Shown: positions 34,809 through 47,440 of the stretch, piece after piece
How the letters are laid out: every line of letters begins with the position of its first letter
Numbering within the stretch: the stretch's first letter is position 1
NCBI RefSeq assembly: GCF_001194135.2
Contig: NC_068996.1
Location: 25,536,166-25,586,979 of the forward strand
Reading direction: 5' to 3'
Length of the DNA stretch: 50,814 nucleotides
Origin: Octopus bimaculoides
Taxonomy: Eukaryota
The notes under the pieces: model-generated
What the model was told of the DNA's origin: nothing
What the model saw: only the letters and a program-made list of their open reading frames with translations
Databases searched by the model: none
Made by a program: the position numbers and the translations under genes

Positions 34809-35812
34809 CAGTGGTCCTCAACCGGGGTCCATATGGCTTCTGAGGGTCCATATAAGATTTTTGTGGTTCATGCAACAAAATAGTAAATTGGGGACTTACA
34901 ATAGTATTTTAGTATTTTAAGGGCCCCTGAAAATTTTTTTTACTTTAGATGTATGTATTGGTATGTATTGCAACAAACAGCTAGGTTTCTTTGTCTAACA
35001 TTTTAAATAATTCAGCTCACACAATTTAATGTTTGACAAACAAAATAAGAATTTTTAAAGAAGTTTCTATAAAACTAATTAAACACTGAATGGCTATGGG
35101 GGTCCACTAGAATAAAATATTAATCAAAAGGGTCCATAGATAGAAAATGGCTGAGAAACCCTGCTTTAGATGTATGTATTGGTATGTATAGCAAGGAAGA
35201 GCTAGGTTTCTTTCTCTAACATTTACATACTCCTATTGGCATAGGAGTAGCTATGTGGTAAGTAGCTTGCTTACCAACCACATGGTTCTGGGTTCAGTCC
35301 CACTGCGTGGCACTTTGGGCAAGTGTTTTCTACTATAGCTTTGGGCCGACCAAAGCTTTGAGAGTGGATTTGGTAGACGGAAACTGAAAGAAGCCTGTCG
35401 TATATATGTATATATAAATATGTATGTGTATATGTTTGTGTGTCTGTATTTGTCCCCCAACATTGCTTGACAACCAATGCTGGTGTGTTTACGTCCCCGT
35501 AACTTAGCGGTTTGGCAAAAGAGACCAATAGAATAAGTACTAGGCTTTCAAAGAATAGGTCTTGGGGTCAATTTGCTCAACTAAAGGTGGTGCTCCAGCA
35601 TGGCCACAGTCAAATGACTACAACAAGTAAAAGAGTAAAAGAGTAAAGAGTATACTTCAACCTAACAAGTTGATATGTAAAAAACAAAATAGGAATTAAA
35701 AAAAAGAAGTTTGTATAAAACTAGTTTTTAAACATCGAATGACTATGGCGGTCCATCAGGGTAAAATAGTAATCAACGGGGTACATTGGTAAAAAATGGT
35801 TGAGAACCTCTG
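34809..35812 (+). mobile_element. hAT/Charlie-like MITE with a duplicated 3' half and a nested SINE
   Basis: TIRs CAGTGGTCCTCAACC / GGTTGAGAACCTCTG, TSD GTCTAAAT / GTCTAAGT, and an internal extra end GGCTGAGAAACCCTG at about 35149-35163. Confidence 0.75.
35243..35650 (+). mobile_element. SINE family 1, full length, well preserved
   Basis: Head GGGTTCAGTCCCACTGCGTGGCAC through the AAAAGAGT tail. Confidence 0.9.
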
Positions 35813-36194
35813 GTCTAAGTCATTAATTGGCTGGAAGAGTAGAAGAAGACTTGCTTGAGTAGATGAATGAAACAGCACACCAGTTGTTTGGCTGCTACTG
35901 TTGCCATGGAAGCTGCTGTAATGATTAACAATGTAAGCACACCAGTGGTTGGTTTGGAAAGTGATGATGATATTGAGTCATGTGTCAATGAAGCAAGCAC
36001 ACTGATGAACTGGTAGAGAAAACAACAGTGTGACACCTGTGTCTGTTGGTCTGAGAAGACAGAATCAAAGAAATCAAACTAAGTTTGTTGATTTGTGTTC
36101 CCTTTGGTGGAACTTCACAGATATAATATAATGATATACTTTCAGTGTTCTCATTACTAGCATCTTATAAATTTTGATAGAGTTTTATGCTTCT

Positions 36195-36492
36195 AAGTAC
36201 AGGACTCTTTTTTTAAGCCTAGAACTTATTCTATCAATATCCTTTGCTGAACTGCTAAGGTATGAGGGTGTAAACACATCAACGCCAGTTGTCAAGTGGT
36301 GGTGGGCGACGAACACAAACACAAAGACACAGACACACATACACACATATATGATGGGCTTCTTTCAGTTTCTGTCTACCAAATCCACTCACAAAGCTTT
36401 GGTTAGCCTGAGGCTATGGTAAAAGATACTTGCTTAAGGTACCAGGATTATGTGGTTGGGATGCAAGCTTCTTACTACACGGCCATGCCTGC
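36195..36492 (-). mobile_element. SINE family 1
   Basis: Reverse complement match to head and body. Confidence 0.8.
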
Positions 36493-36499
36493 ACCAGAC

Positions 36500-36600
36500 A
36501 TATGCACACACACATGCACACACACACACATACACACACGTTCACACACGCACACACACACATATATATATATATACAGGTACACACACACTCACATATA

Positions 36601-36640
<40 letters not shown>

Positions 36641-37023
36641 CATACATATATATATATACATGTAATATATATATATATATATATATATACAATATTATAA
36701 AAATATAAGTGTATACATGCATACATATACATCCATGTACATATATGTACAGGTATGTACATATGTGTACACACACACATATATATATATATAATATACA
36801 TATATATATATATAATATACATATATATATATAATATACATATATATATAACATACATATATACATATAATATACATATATATATAACATACATATATAT
36901 AATATATATATATATATAATATACATATATATAATAAACGTATATACATATATATATATAAAATATACATATGTATGTATAATATACATACATATATATA
37001 TAAAATATACATATATATATAAT

Positions 37024-37071
<48 letters not shown>

Positions 37072-37135
37072 CATATATATATATCTATAATATACATATA
37101 TATATATATATAAAATATACATATATAAAATATAC

Positions 37136-37207
<72 letters not shown>

Positions 37208-37566
37208 ATATACATATATATATATATATGCATATACATATATATATAATATACATATGCATATATATATAATATACATATATATATATATAATATATAC
37301 ACACACATGTATATAATATACATATATATATATAATATACATATATATATATACACATATATAATATCATATATATATATACATATATAATATTATATAT
37401 ATATAATATTATATATACATATATGATATACATATATATATACATATATATAATATAATATTATTCATATATATATAAATAATATACATATATAATATAC
37501 ATATATATATTCTATATATATATATCATCATCATCATCATCATCATATATATAGAATATATATGTA

Positions 37567-37610
<44 letters not shown>

Positions 37611-37630
37611 TCATAATATAATACACACAC
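36500..37630. repeat. ~1.1 kb (TA)/(TATACA)-type compound microsatellite
   Basis: Directly visible. Confidence 0.95.
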
Positions 37631-38898
37631 ACAAATAGAGATTATGGCTATCATACATAGCTCATCGTAACTCATCTGAATTTTATGCAGGACCATTCAC
37701 TTCTACAAAACCTGTCTGCCAGGATGGCACCAATATCTAGATTTCTGTCAGTACTATAATGATACTTTCTATGGTTAATATATTTGTTTCATCTTTGTCA
37801 TGTGATTTTTTTAACCAATCAGCAGTTAGTACTCTGTTGAGTTAACTTAGGGTTATTTAAACAGAAGTAAAGCTGCTATTTGTTTTGGCTCTTGTTAGCT
37901 TCGGTCAAACCTAGATGGATTGATTTCTACTAGATTAATATATGTACATATATCTGATTTTTTTCTCTATTTATTGATGGTCTTTTAGCTAAAAAGTTTG
38001 ATTCTACAGCAGAAATTATTCTATTGACATGAACATTTTCTACACACATCCAATTGACTTTGTAAAGTATAAAATGTTCATTTTCTATAGCACTTTTTCT
38101 CAAACACATTATCTGACCAATGTGTGTATATTTTTCAAACTCCTTTATGTAAATTTTATGTGGACTAATCTTATAAGTTAAATTATGTTGTATTCCAAGG
38201 AAATTTCTCAAATTTGTATTCACAGAAACCACACATTGTCTAATTAATACTGCTTTACTTTACCAACAAGATTGGAAGAGGCCTGTTTTTCTAATAATAG
38301 GAACAATTACTTATAATTCATTCTTGTTGTTATATCTCAGAATAACTTTTAATTTCCTGACTAGTTGTTGAATGCAAAAACAACAAAATTGCAATAAATA
38401 TTATTATTATGAGAGTACAGCATAAAATCAATAAGAAGCAGTTGTGGTGATGATGGGGGTGGATTAATATTAGTGAAACTTGAACAATATGGGTAGGAAG
38501 AGATTTCCAGAAGTTTTGCAACTCTGACAAGAAAGTGTTAAATAAGATACCTGGAAATGAAACACAGAGGAGATGGTGTATTTGATGAACATGAATGAAA
38601 AGTGTACAATAAAACTTGAAGAATATCTGAAACTGAATACAAGACTAGTAGACTTAAGCAGAATTTACTTTTTGACCCTTTCAGTAATGATGAAAATCAC
38701 ATCAAGGTAATCATCATCTTTCATTTTCCGCTGTGGGGATAAAATAAGTACAACAGTATAGAGAATCTGTTCAACAAACTGTACTTCTTTCTTTGCAAAA
38801 ATTAGTTGTTGTTTAATCTCAAGTGAGTCCTGGTTGAATAGATTTATGATCAATGGCATTTTGGTCAATACCGTATCATTTTCATTATCATCATCATC

Positions 38899-38930
<32 letters not shown>

Positions 38931-39129
38931 CATCATCGTCGTTGTCATCGCCGTTGTTGTCGTCATCATCGCCGTTGTTGTCGTCATCATCGCCATTGTT
39001 ATCGCTCTTGTTGTCATCATCATCATTGTTGTTGTTGCTGTTTCGTTGTTGTCATCATCATCATCATCATCATAATTGTCGTCGTCATTGTCATCATCAC
39101 TGGTAGCCCAGTTTCCAAGGCATATATAA

Positions 39130-39325
39130 ATGACTGAGATCACAACACCTCACCTGGATGGGACACCAGTCCATTGCAGGATTACTCATATTTGCCAGCT
39201 GAATGGACTGAAGCAACGTGAAATGAAGTGTTTTGCTCAAGAACACAATGCGTCGCCCGGTCTAGGAGTTAAATCCACAGTTACCCAGTTGTGAGTGCAA
39301 CATCCTAAGCACTAAGTCTGCATCA
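39130..39325 (-). mobile_element. SINE family 3-related 5' half
   Basis: gaaatgaagtgttttgctcaagaacacaat is the reverse complement of the gtgttcttgagcaaaacacttt box. Confidence 0.7.
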
Positions 39326-39423
39326 CACACACACACACACACACACACAGAGTCTAAAACATACATATATATATATATATATATCCCTTAGTGGGCTGTA
39401 CCCCCAACCCCTAACTCTCTCAC

Positions 39424-39479
<56 letters not shown>

Positions 39480-39700
39480 AAGACTCATAAAGCAAGTTAC
39501 CTAGTTTCCATAGTGTATATATGATCGAGATCACAATACTGCCCCTGAATGGGATGCTAGTCCATTGCAGGATTACTCATATAACAATGTGAAATGAAGT
39601 GTTTTACTCTAGAACACACCACACCTCACAGTTCAGGAATCGAAACACCAATCTTGAAATCATAAGTGCAACACACTAAATATTAGACCACATTTCTTCA
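39480..39700 (-). mobile_element. SINE family 3-related 5' half, second copy
   Basis: Aligns with 39130-39325. Confidence 0.65.
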
Positions 39701-41070
39701 TGTACTTTCACTGCCAATATAAAAATTGATGTTGCTGTTATTGTTGCTGTTGTTTGATAAAGTTTGACCAAGATGAATCTTCATCAAGTCGACCAATGAT
39801 CAGGAATGGTTAAGTGGTTAAGAAGTTTGTTTCGCAACTATGGGGTTTTAGGTTCATTTTCACAGTATGTCACTTCAGATAATGGTTTTCTACTGTGGTA
39901 TTGAGTTGAACAAAGTTATATGAGTGAAATTTGTAAGATGGAAACTAACAAGAAGCCTGCAAGAAGAGCTGTTTCTGGTCTTGGGTAGTAGACCTAGTTT
40001 ATTGCCTGATTTGACCGCTATTGCCCAAACCTTTGGCAATCCACTCCTTTCTAAGAGGGTAGACTTGGCTGTTATTTATACTAGAGTGGGTGAATCAAGT
40101 TGGAGCTTCTTTGTTGGCTCTTGGTTGTTGTTGTTGTTGCTGTTGTTTATTCCAAAGTCAACTCTGATTGAGTAGACCTAGGATCAAAGACAATCCAATC
40201 AGGACCATAACACNNNNNNNNNNNNNNNNNNNNNNNNNNNNNNNNNNNNNNNNNNNNNNNNNNNNNNNNNNNNNNNNNNNNNNNNNNNNNNNNNNNNNNN
40301 NNNNNNNNNNNNNNNNNNNNNNNNNNNNNNNNNNNNNNNNNNNNNNNNNNNNNNNNNNNNNNNNNNNNNNNNNNNNNNNNNNNNNNNNNNNNNNNNNNNN
40401 NNNNNNNNNNNNNNNNNNNNNNNNNNNNNNNNNCCTCCTCCTCCTCCCTCCTCTTATGTTTAAAGGCATAAGTGTTTACTTCAAAAGGGATTTTGCAAGA
40501 ATTCACCTCATGTCTTCAGTTGGAGGATAACTTCCTCCCACCAGAGGGAAAAAAAGGCCCTGAAAATAGTCATTGGAATTGTCCTTCAATCTGACAAACC
40601 CATTAAAAAATAAAACAAAAAGAGCATTCCATCCATAATTTTCCTATTTATTTAGGTGTATAAAGGACTGCATTATCTAATGTATCTTTTCTTTAGAAAT
40701 ACAGATTGTGATTTAAGGGTCATTTGGTTGCTATTTCTAGTAGTTCAAGCAATCATGTGGAGGATTCATCATAGTCTTGCCAACATAAAAGTTAGTTTAA
40801 CTTTGTGTGAACTAAACAACACACTTATGTAATTATAAGCTGTTATTTAATCAACTGAATGGCAAGATTAATTAAGTGTGTTAACGAACTGATAAGGAAT
40901 ATTGATTACAAAACCAGTTTTTCAATTACCTTTGGCATTTTACTGTAAACTTGGGATATACTCCCTGAATTTCATTCTACAACAGCAGGATAATATATAC
41001 ATACATGCATATGTACATTCATGCATACATACATACAAACAAACATCCATCCATACATATATGTGCATGC

Positions 41071-41109
<39 letters not shown>

Positions 41110-41564
41110 CATACATACATACATACATACATATGCATACACACATATACTCATTTACACACATACACACACATATATATTTATGTCTTAAACAAATAGC
41201 TTTGGAATGAAAGCTATAAACGTTTTAGTAAAGTGGGCATGAGTATATGTGACACAACAAGCCAAGAAATTTTTGTTAATTAAAATTACATTTTTAGTGA
41301 TGAGAACAAATCATTATCTAAATGACTAATTCTGATAAAAAATTGTAGGGGAGACAATCTTGAAGTTTTAACTGATTAAAACTAAGTAGAAATATAATGC
41401 AGTGAAGTGTGAGACAGCTAGAACAGTGATGTTTTGAAGATGTAACTATACAAAGTAATAAAAGAACCTCTGTGCAGTTGCCTGATTTGCAAGGAATTTT
41501 AGTTAAATATCCCATAAATTGCTCTATATTGTCTTATCAAAAGTGATACATATTGGACAATATA

Positions 41565-41788
41565 TCTTTTATCTTTTACTTGTTTTAGTCATTAGACTGT
41601 GGCCATGCTGGGGCATCACCTTGAAGGGTTTAGTTGAACAAATCAACCCCAGTACTTATCTTTTTATTCTAAGCTTTCTACTTATTCTATCTCTTTTGCT
41701 AAGTTATGGGGGTGTAAACAAATAGCACTGGTTGTTAAGTGGTTGTGGGGAACAGAAACACACACACATGCACACGCACGTGCACGCA

Positions 41789-41829
<41 letters not shown>

Positions 41830-42070
41830 CACACACACACACACATCAGATTTCTGTGTCTGTTTTGGCATGGTTTTTACAGGCTAGATGCCTTTGCTAA
41901 CGCCAACACCCAGCAGAGTGGACTGAGTGCTTTTTATGTGGCTTCATTCAGTTTCCATCCATCAAATCCACTCGCATGGCTTTGGTCAACCTGGGCTATT
42001 GTAAGAGACACTTGGTCAAGGTGCGGTGCAGTGGAACTGAATCTAAAACCACATGGTTGAGAAACAAGCA
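41565..42070 (-). mobile_element. SINE family 1 split by (CA)n and an RTE-tail fragment
   Basis: Tail at 41565-41760, head at 41945-42070. Confidence 0.65.
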
Positions 42071-42189
42071 TTCTGTATGAGTGTCTGTGTGTATGCATAC
42101 ATGTGCATGTGTTTGCATATGCACATGTGTGCAAGCTTGCATGCTAGTTAATAACAACCAATGATCCTTGTAGCCTTCAGTATCTTCCC

Positions 42190-42565
42190 GTCTTTAAGCG
42201 AAATCGGGATGGCACCTGTGCCCAGCGTCGCCTTTCTGGCGCTTGTGCCCGTGACACGTGTAAGGATTTTCGAGCGAGATCATTGCCAATGCCCCTGGAC
42301 TGGCTCTTGTGCGGGTGGCACATAAAATACACCATTTCGAGAGTGGCCGTTGCCAGTTCCGCCTGACTGGCCTTCGTGCGGGTGACACGTAAAAGCACCC
42401 ACTACACTCTCTGAGTGGTTGGCGTTAGGAAGGGCATCCAGCTGTAGAAACTCTGCCAAATCAGATTGGAGCCTGGTGTTGCCATCTGGTTTCACCAGTC
42501 CTCAGTCAAATCGTCCAACCCATGCTAGCATAGAAAGCGGACGTTAAACGATAAACGATGATGCT
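42190..42565 (+). mobile_element. RTE 3' UTR copy
   Basis: Nearly identical to 25500-25733 in the distal part. Confidence 0.85.
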
Positions 42566-42809
42566 TTTATTGCAACCCTTTACAATGTGTTACTTTGCAG
42601 TTTGACAAATAGGTCTTGATGAAATAAGTATTAGACTGAAATGAAGACTAGGGTTGATATAATCAGTTAAAGCCCTTGATGGTGGTGCTGCAACTTGGTC
42701 ACAGTCCTACGGCAGAAACCAGTCAAAGAATATCAATGTCAACAGTATTGTACTGTTTTCATTCCTGTTAAAATGAAAGAGCGTTGTCGTAGTTCACTAC
42801 CTGATATCA

Positions 42810-43340
42810 TTGTCACCACCACTGCCACCACACCACACCACACCACATCACAAACCCCCTCCCCATCATTGTAATTGTTATCATTATTGTCATCGTCATC
42901 GTCATCATCATCATTATCATCATCATCATCATCATCATCATCATTGTCATCATCATCATAATTGTTATCATTGTCGTCATCATTATTGTTGTCACCATCA
43001 TCATTGTCATTATCATAATTGTTGTCGTCATCACCATCTTGCAGGGCAATTTCATCTGATGATCTACCGATTCTGACATTGCTCTGCCTTTGTAGGCAAT
43101 ATACTGAAAAAATGTTTTATTTGCAAAGAAATCAAATTCAATTCAGCATGAATTAGAACTTTAAACTGATGGTGGTGAGGGTCAAGGATAGTGGGTAAGT
43201 GGTGGTGGTGGTGGTGGTGGTGGTGGTGGTGGTGGTGATGATGATGATGATGAGGGTAATGAGATGGAGGAAGAAGGGGAAGAGGTAGACAGTGATGGTG
43301 GTGGTTGTACTGGTCGTGGTGGTGGTGGTAATAGTGGTAG

Positions 43341-43372
<32 letters not shown>

Positions 43373-43600
43373 GGAGTGGTGGTAGTAGTGGTGATAATGA
43401 TGACAATGCTGTTGCTGCTACTGATGATGATTATGATGATGATGATGACGATGATGACAATGATGATGACAATGGTGGTGGTGGTGGTGATGATGATGAT
43501 GATGATGACGACATCAGTGGTGGTGGCGGTGATGACAATGATGATGACGATGATAGTGATGGTGATGATGATGATGATGATGATGATGTGGATGATGATG
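42810..43600. repeat. (CAT)n and (GAT/GGT)n low-complexity tracts
   Basis: Directly visible. Confidence 0.9.
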
Positions 43601-44094
43601 ATATACTCTATATAGTTTCTATTTATATTGACGTCACTGTTGAAAGATAACTCCAGTCACCTGTACTGCTTCACACTAACAGTTTTCTGTATGTTTGTAT
43701 TTACATATCAATTTTTCTTGTTTGTTTGTTTCATTTCTTTTTATTTTTGCATTTGAGACCCTACAAGTTTTACTGAAGACAAGACAATTTATTTAAAGAT
43801 AAGAATCTATAAAAATATATATAAAAAAAAAGTAAAGAAAGAAATCCTGTTTTTATAAGCAGACTATATAATCAGCTTTACGTACTTTGAAATGACTTTT
43901 CAGGGAAAACACTCACTCTGATCTGAGCAAGATTTAGTATTATATTGACTTAATTTGGTCTAAACAGGAATGAAACACATTTACAAATTTTATTACCTGC
44001 CTTCATCTCTGCAAATGTTTCGAGATTTTGTGGAAGATGTTTTGCGAAGATGCATGCACACATACATGTATGATATATATATATATATATACAT

Positions 44095-45212
44095 CATCAT
44101 CATCATCATCGCTTAATGTTTGCTTTCCATGCTAGCATGGGTTGGACGGTTTGATTGGGGACTGGTGAGCCAGATGGCTGCACCAGGCTCCAATCTGATC
44201 TGGCAGAGTTTCTACAGCTGGATGCCCTTCCTAACGCCAACCACTCCGAGAGTGTACTGGGTGCTTTTACGTGCCACCGGCACGAAGTTCAGTCAGGTGG
44301 TGCTGGCAACGGCCATGCTCACATAATGTTTTTTAAGTGCCACCTGCACAGGAGCCAGTCCAGCAGCACTGGCAACAACCTTGCTCGAATGTTTTTTCAC
44401 GTGCCACCAGCACGGAAGCCAGACCGCAGGTGCTCTGGCAACGATCACGCTTGGACGGTGCTCTTAGTGATCTACTGGTACAGGTGCCATCACGATTTCG
44501 CTTTTGCTTGCCCCAACAGGTCTTCACAAGCCGAGTTTAGTGTTTAATGATGAGACGTTGGCATGGGTGCCAGTCTACAAATTTAGTTCGATTTTGATTT
44601 CACTTGCCTCAACAGGTCTTTGCAAGCTGAGTGTAGTGTTCAATGAAGAGACGTTGGCATGGGAGCCAGTGTACAAATTTAGTTCGATTTCGATTTCACT
44701 TACTTCAACAGGTCTTCGCAAGCATAGTTCAGTGTCCAATGAAGGAATGTCACGCATAAGTGGGCTGGCTACATCCCTCGCAGAGGCCTTGGATTTTGGT
44801 CTCACTTGGCTTGCCGGATCTTCTCAAGTACAGCATATTTCCAAAGGTCTCGGTCTCAAGTCATTGCCTCGGTGAGGCCTAAAGTTCGGAGGTCGTGCTT
44901 CATCACCTCATCCCAGGTCTTCCTGGGTCTGCCTCTTCCACAGGTTCCCTCAACTGCTAGGGTGTGGTACTTTTTCACACAGCTATCCTCATCCATTATC
45001 GCCACATGTCCATACCAGCACAATCGTCTCTCTTGCACACCACAACTGATGCTTCTTATGTTCAGCTTTTCTCTCAAGATACTTACACTCTGTCTAGTAT
45101 GCACACTGACATTACTCATCCATCGTAGCATACTGGCTTCATTCCTTGTGAGCTTATGCATGTCCTCAGCAGTCATGGCCCATGTTTCACTGCCATGTAG
45201 CATGACTGTTCG
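44095..45212 (-). mobile_element. RTE LINE 3' end: RT C-terminus, ~750-bp 3' UTR and (GAT)n tail
   Basis: RTVMLHGSETWAMTAEDM...ERRLCWYGHVAIM...GRGRPRKTWDEVMKHDL, same family as 5420-6200. Truncated by a gap. Confidence 0.9.
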
Positions 45213-46025
45213 NNNNNNNNNNNNNNNNNNNNNNNNNNNNNNNNNNNNNNNNNNNNNNNNNNNNNNNNNNNNNNNNNNNNNNNNNNNNNNNNNNNNNNNN
45301 NNNNNNNNNNNNNNNNNNNNNNNNNNNNNNNNNNNNNNNNNNNNNNNNNNNNNNNNNNNNNNNNNNNNNNNNNNNNNNNNNNNNNNNNNNNNNNNNNNNN
45401 NNNNNNNNNNNNNNNNNNNNNNNNNNNNNNNNNNNNNNNNNNNNNNNNNNNNNNNNNNNNNNNNNNNNNNNNNNNNNNNNNNNNNNNNNNNNNNNNNNNN
45501 NNNNNNNNNNNNNNNNNNNNNNNNNNNNNNNNNNNNNNNNNNNNNNNNNNNNNNNNNNNNNNNNNNNNNNNNNNNNNNNNNNNNNNNNNNNNNNNNNNNN
45601 NNNNNNNNNNNNNNNNNNNNNNNNNNNNNNNNNNNNNNNNNNNNNNNNNNNNNNNNNNNNNNNNNNNNNNNNNNNNNNNNNNNNNNNNNNNNNNNNNNNN
45701 NNNNNNNNNNNNNNNNNNNNNNNNNNNNNNNNNNNNNNNNNNNNNNNNNNNNNNNNNNNNNNNNNNNNNNNNNNNNNNNNNNNNNNNNNNNNNNNNNNNN
45801 NNNNNNNNNNNNNNNNNNNNNNNNNNNNNNNNNNNNNNNNNNNNNNNNNNNNNNNNNNNNNNNNNNNNNNNNNNNNNNNNNNNNNNNNNNNNNNNNNNNN
45901 NNNNNNNNNNNNNNNNNNNNNNNNNNNNNNNNNNNNNNNNNNNNNNNNNNNNNNNNNNNNNNNNNNNNNNNNNNNNCACACATATATATATATACATGCA
46001 CACATATATATGTATATACAGTAGA

Positions 46026-46263
46026 CAGACAATTTGTCGACAGACAATTGGCTGACATACAACTTACAGGCAGGACAATTGTGTGGTATAGTGGAGAGTC
46101 CTGTTGCCAGACACAGAGTGTTCCAGCAGCCATCCTCTTGACTCAGGGCAGCACGACCTCCTCCAGGCACTTGCTGTAGGCCTTTGTGTTGAGTCTGGGG
46201 CTCTGTGGGAATTGTCTGTTGGTGAATTGTCTGTTGGTGAATTGTCTGTCGACGAATTGTCTG
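46026..46263. mobile_element. MITE with TIRs built of 15-bp tandem units (CAGACAATTCGTCGA), carrying a maT transposase fragment
   Basis: Left cagacaatttgtcgacagacaatt; right reverse complement cagacaattcgtcgacagacaattcaccaacagacaatt. The interior minus strand translates to RLNTKAYSKCLEEVVLP*VKRMAAGTLCVWQQDS. Confidence 0.7.
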
Positions 46264-46584
46264 CACACACACACACACNNNNNNNNNNNNNNNNNNNNNN
46301 NNNNNNNNNNNNNNNNNNNNNNNNNNNNNNNNNNNNNNNNNNNNNNNNNNNNNNNNNNNNNNNNNNNNNNNNNNNNNNNNNNNNNNNNNNNNNNNNNNNN
46401 NNNNNNNNNNNNNNNNNNNNNNNNNNNNNNNNNNNNNNNNNNNNNNNNNNNNNNNNNNNNNNNNNNNNNNNNNNNNNNNNNNNNNNNNNNNNNNNNNNNN
46501 NNNNNNNNNNNNNNNNNNNNNNNNNNNNNNNNNNNNNNNNNNNNNNNNNNNNNNNNNNNNNNNNNNNNNNNNNNNNNNNNNNNN

Positions 46585-46925
46585 TAGTAGAAGACAGTTG
46601 CCCAAGGTGCCACGCAGTGGGACTGAACCTGGAACCATGTGGTTCGTAAGCAAGCTACTTATTTCTTTATTGCCCACAAGGAGCTAAACATAGAGGGGAC
46701 AAACAAGGACAGAGAAAGGGATTAAGTCGATTACATCGACCCAGTGCGTAACTGGTACTTAATTTATCGACCCCGAAAGGATGAAAGGCAAAGTCGACCT
46801 CGGCGGAATTTGAACTCAGAACGTAACGGCAGACGAAATACCGCTAAGCATTTCGCCCAGCGTGCTAACGTTTCTGCCAGCTTGCTCGCCTGCCAGCAAG
46901 CTACTTACCACACAGCCACTCCTAC
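46585..46925 (-). mobile_element. SINE family 1 head, split by a nested SINE
   Basis: The head sequence resumes after the insertion. Confidence 0.85.
46662..46894 (-). mobile_element. Young tRNA-derived SINE family 2 with a MetaSINE-like central box
   Basis: GAGTTCAAATTCC B box, GCCTTTCATCCTTTCGGGGTCGATAAATTAAGTACC box, 13-bp TSD AGCAAGCTACTTA (46649-46661, 46895-46907), CpGs retained. Confidence 0.85.
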
Positions 46926-47094
46926 GCCTATGTATGCATGTATTATAAAATGTGGCACAAGACAACAAAGGAATGCATGGAAAACAGGAAGAAAAACACA
47001 ATAAAGGTGGAAANNNNNNNNNNAAAATGTGGCACAAGACAACAAAGGAATGCATGAAAAACAGGAAGAAAAACACAATAAAGGTGGAAATGCT

Positions 47095-47440
47095 CAATCC
47101 CTCATCAGTTATTGGTTATTAGTCTCTTTTTGCCTAAATGTCAAATGAGAGGGATGTAAACAAACAAACCCTGGCTGTCAAGTAGTGGTAGAAGATAAAC
47201 ACACACACACACACACACACATGCACACTCACTCACACACAGAAACGCATGCACACACATATGCACACGCACACACACACACACACATGCACACACAATT
47301 TCCACCTACCAAATCCACTCAGAAGGCCTTTATTGGCCTAGAGCCAATTAAAGACACTTGTGGAAGGTGTCTTCTTGTGGGACTGAACCTAGAACCATAA
47401 TTGGAAAGCAAACTTCTGAACCATACAGCCATGCCTGTGC
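47095..47440 (-). mobile_element. SINE family 1, degenerate
   Basis: Body and head motifs on the minus strand. Confidence 0.65.

Noticed and set aside
36414-37445. Long ORFs (up to 343 aa) rich in Y/I/C/M/V/H/T, here and at 3357-3896, 10449-11952 and 20560-21336
   Set aside because: They are translations of (TA)n, (CA)n, (TATG)n and (GA)n microsatellites, which lack stops in some frames.
43264-43650. Poly-Asp/Gly acidic ORF (also 5092-5334) and poly-His/Met ORFs
   Set aside because: These are (GAT/GGT)n tracts with no splice or codon evidence.
44806-46677. ORFs of 276-496 aa spanning N runs (also 8196-9859, 22132-23034, 40147-40530)
   Set aside because: Their length comes from assembly gaps. 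Only the RTE, PLE and mariner-derived pieces are interpretable.
46947-47090. 67-bp direct duplication
   Set aside because: The copies sit on either side of a 10-N gap, typical of an unmerged contig overlap.
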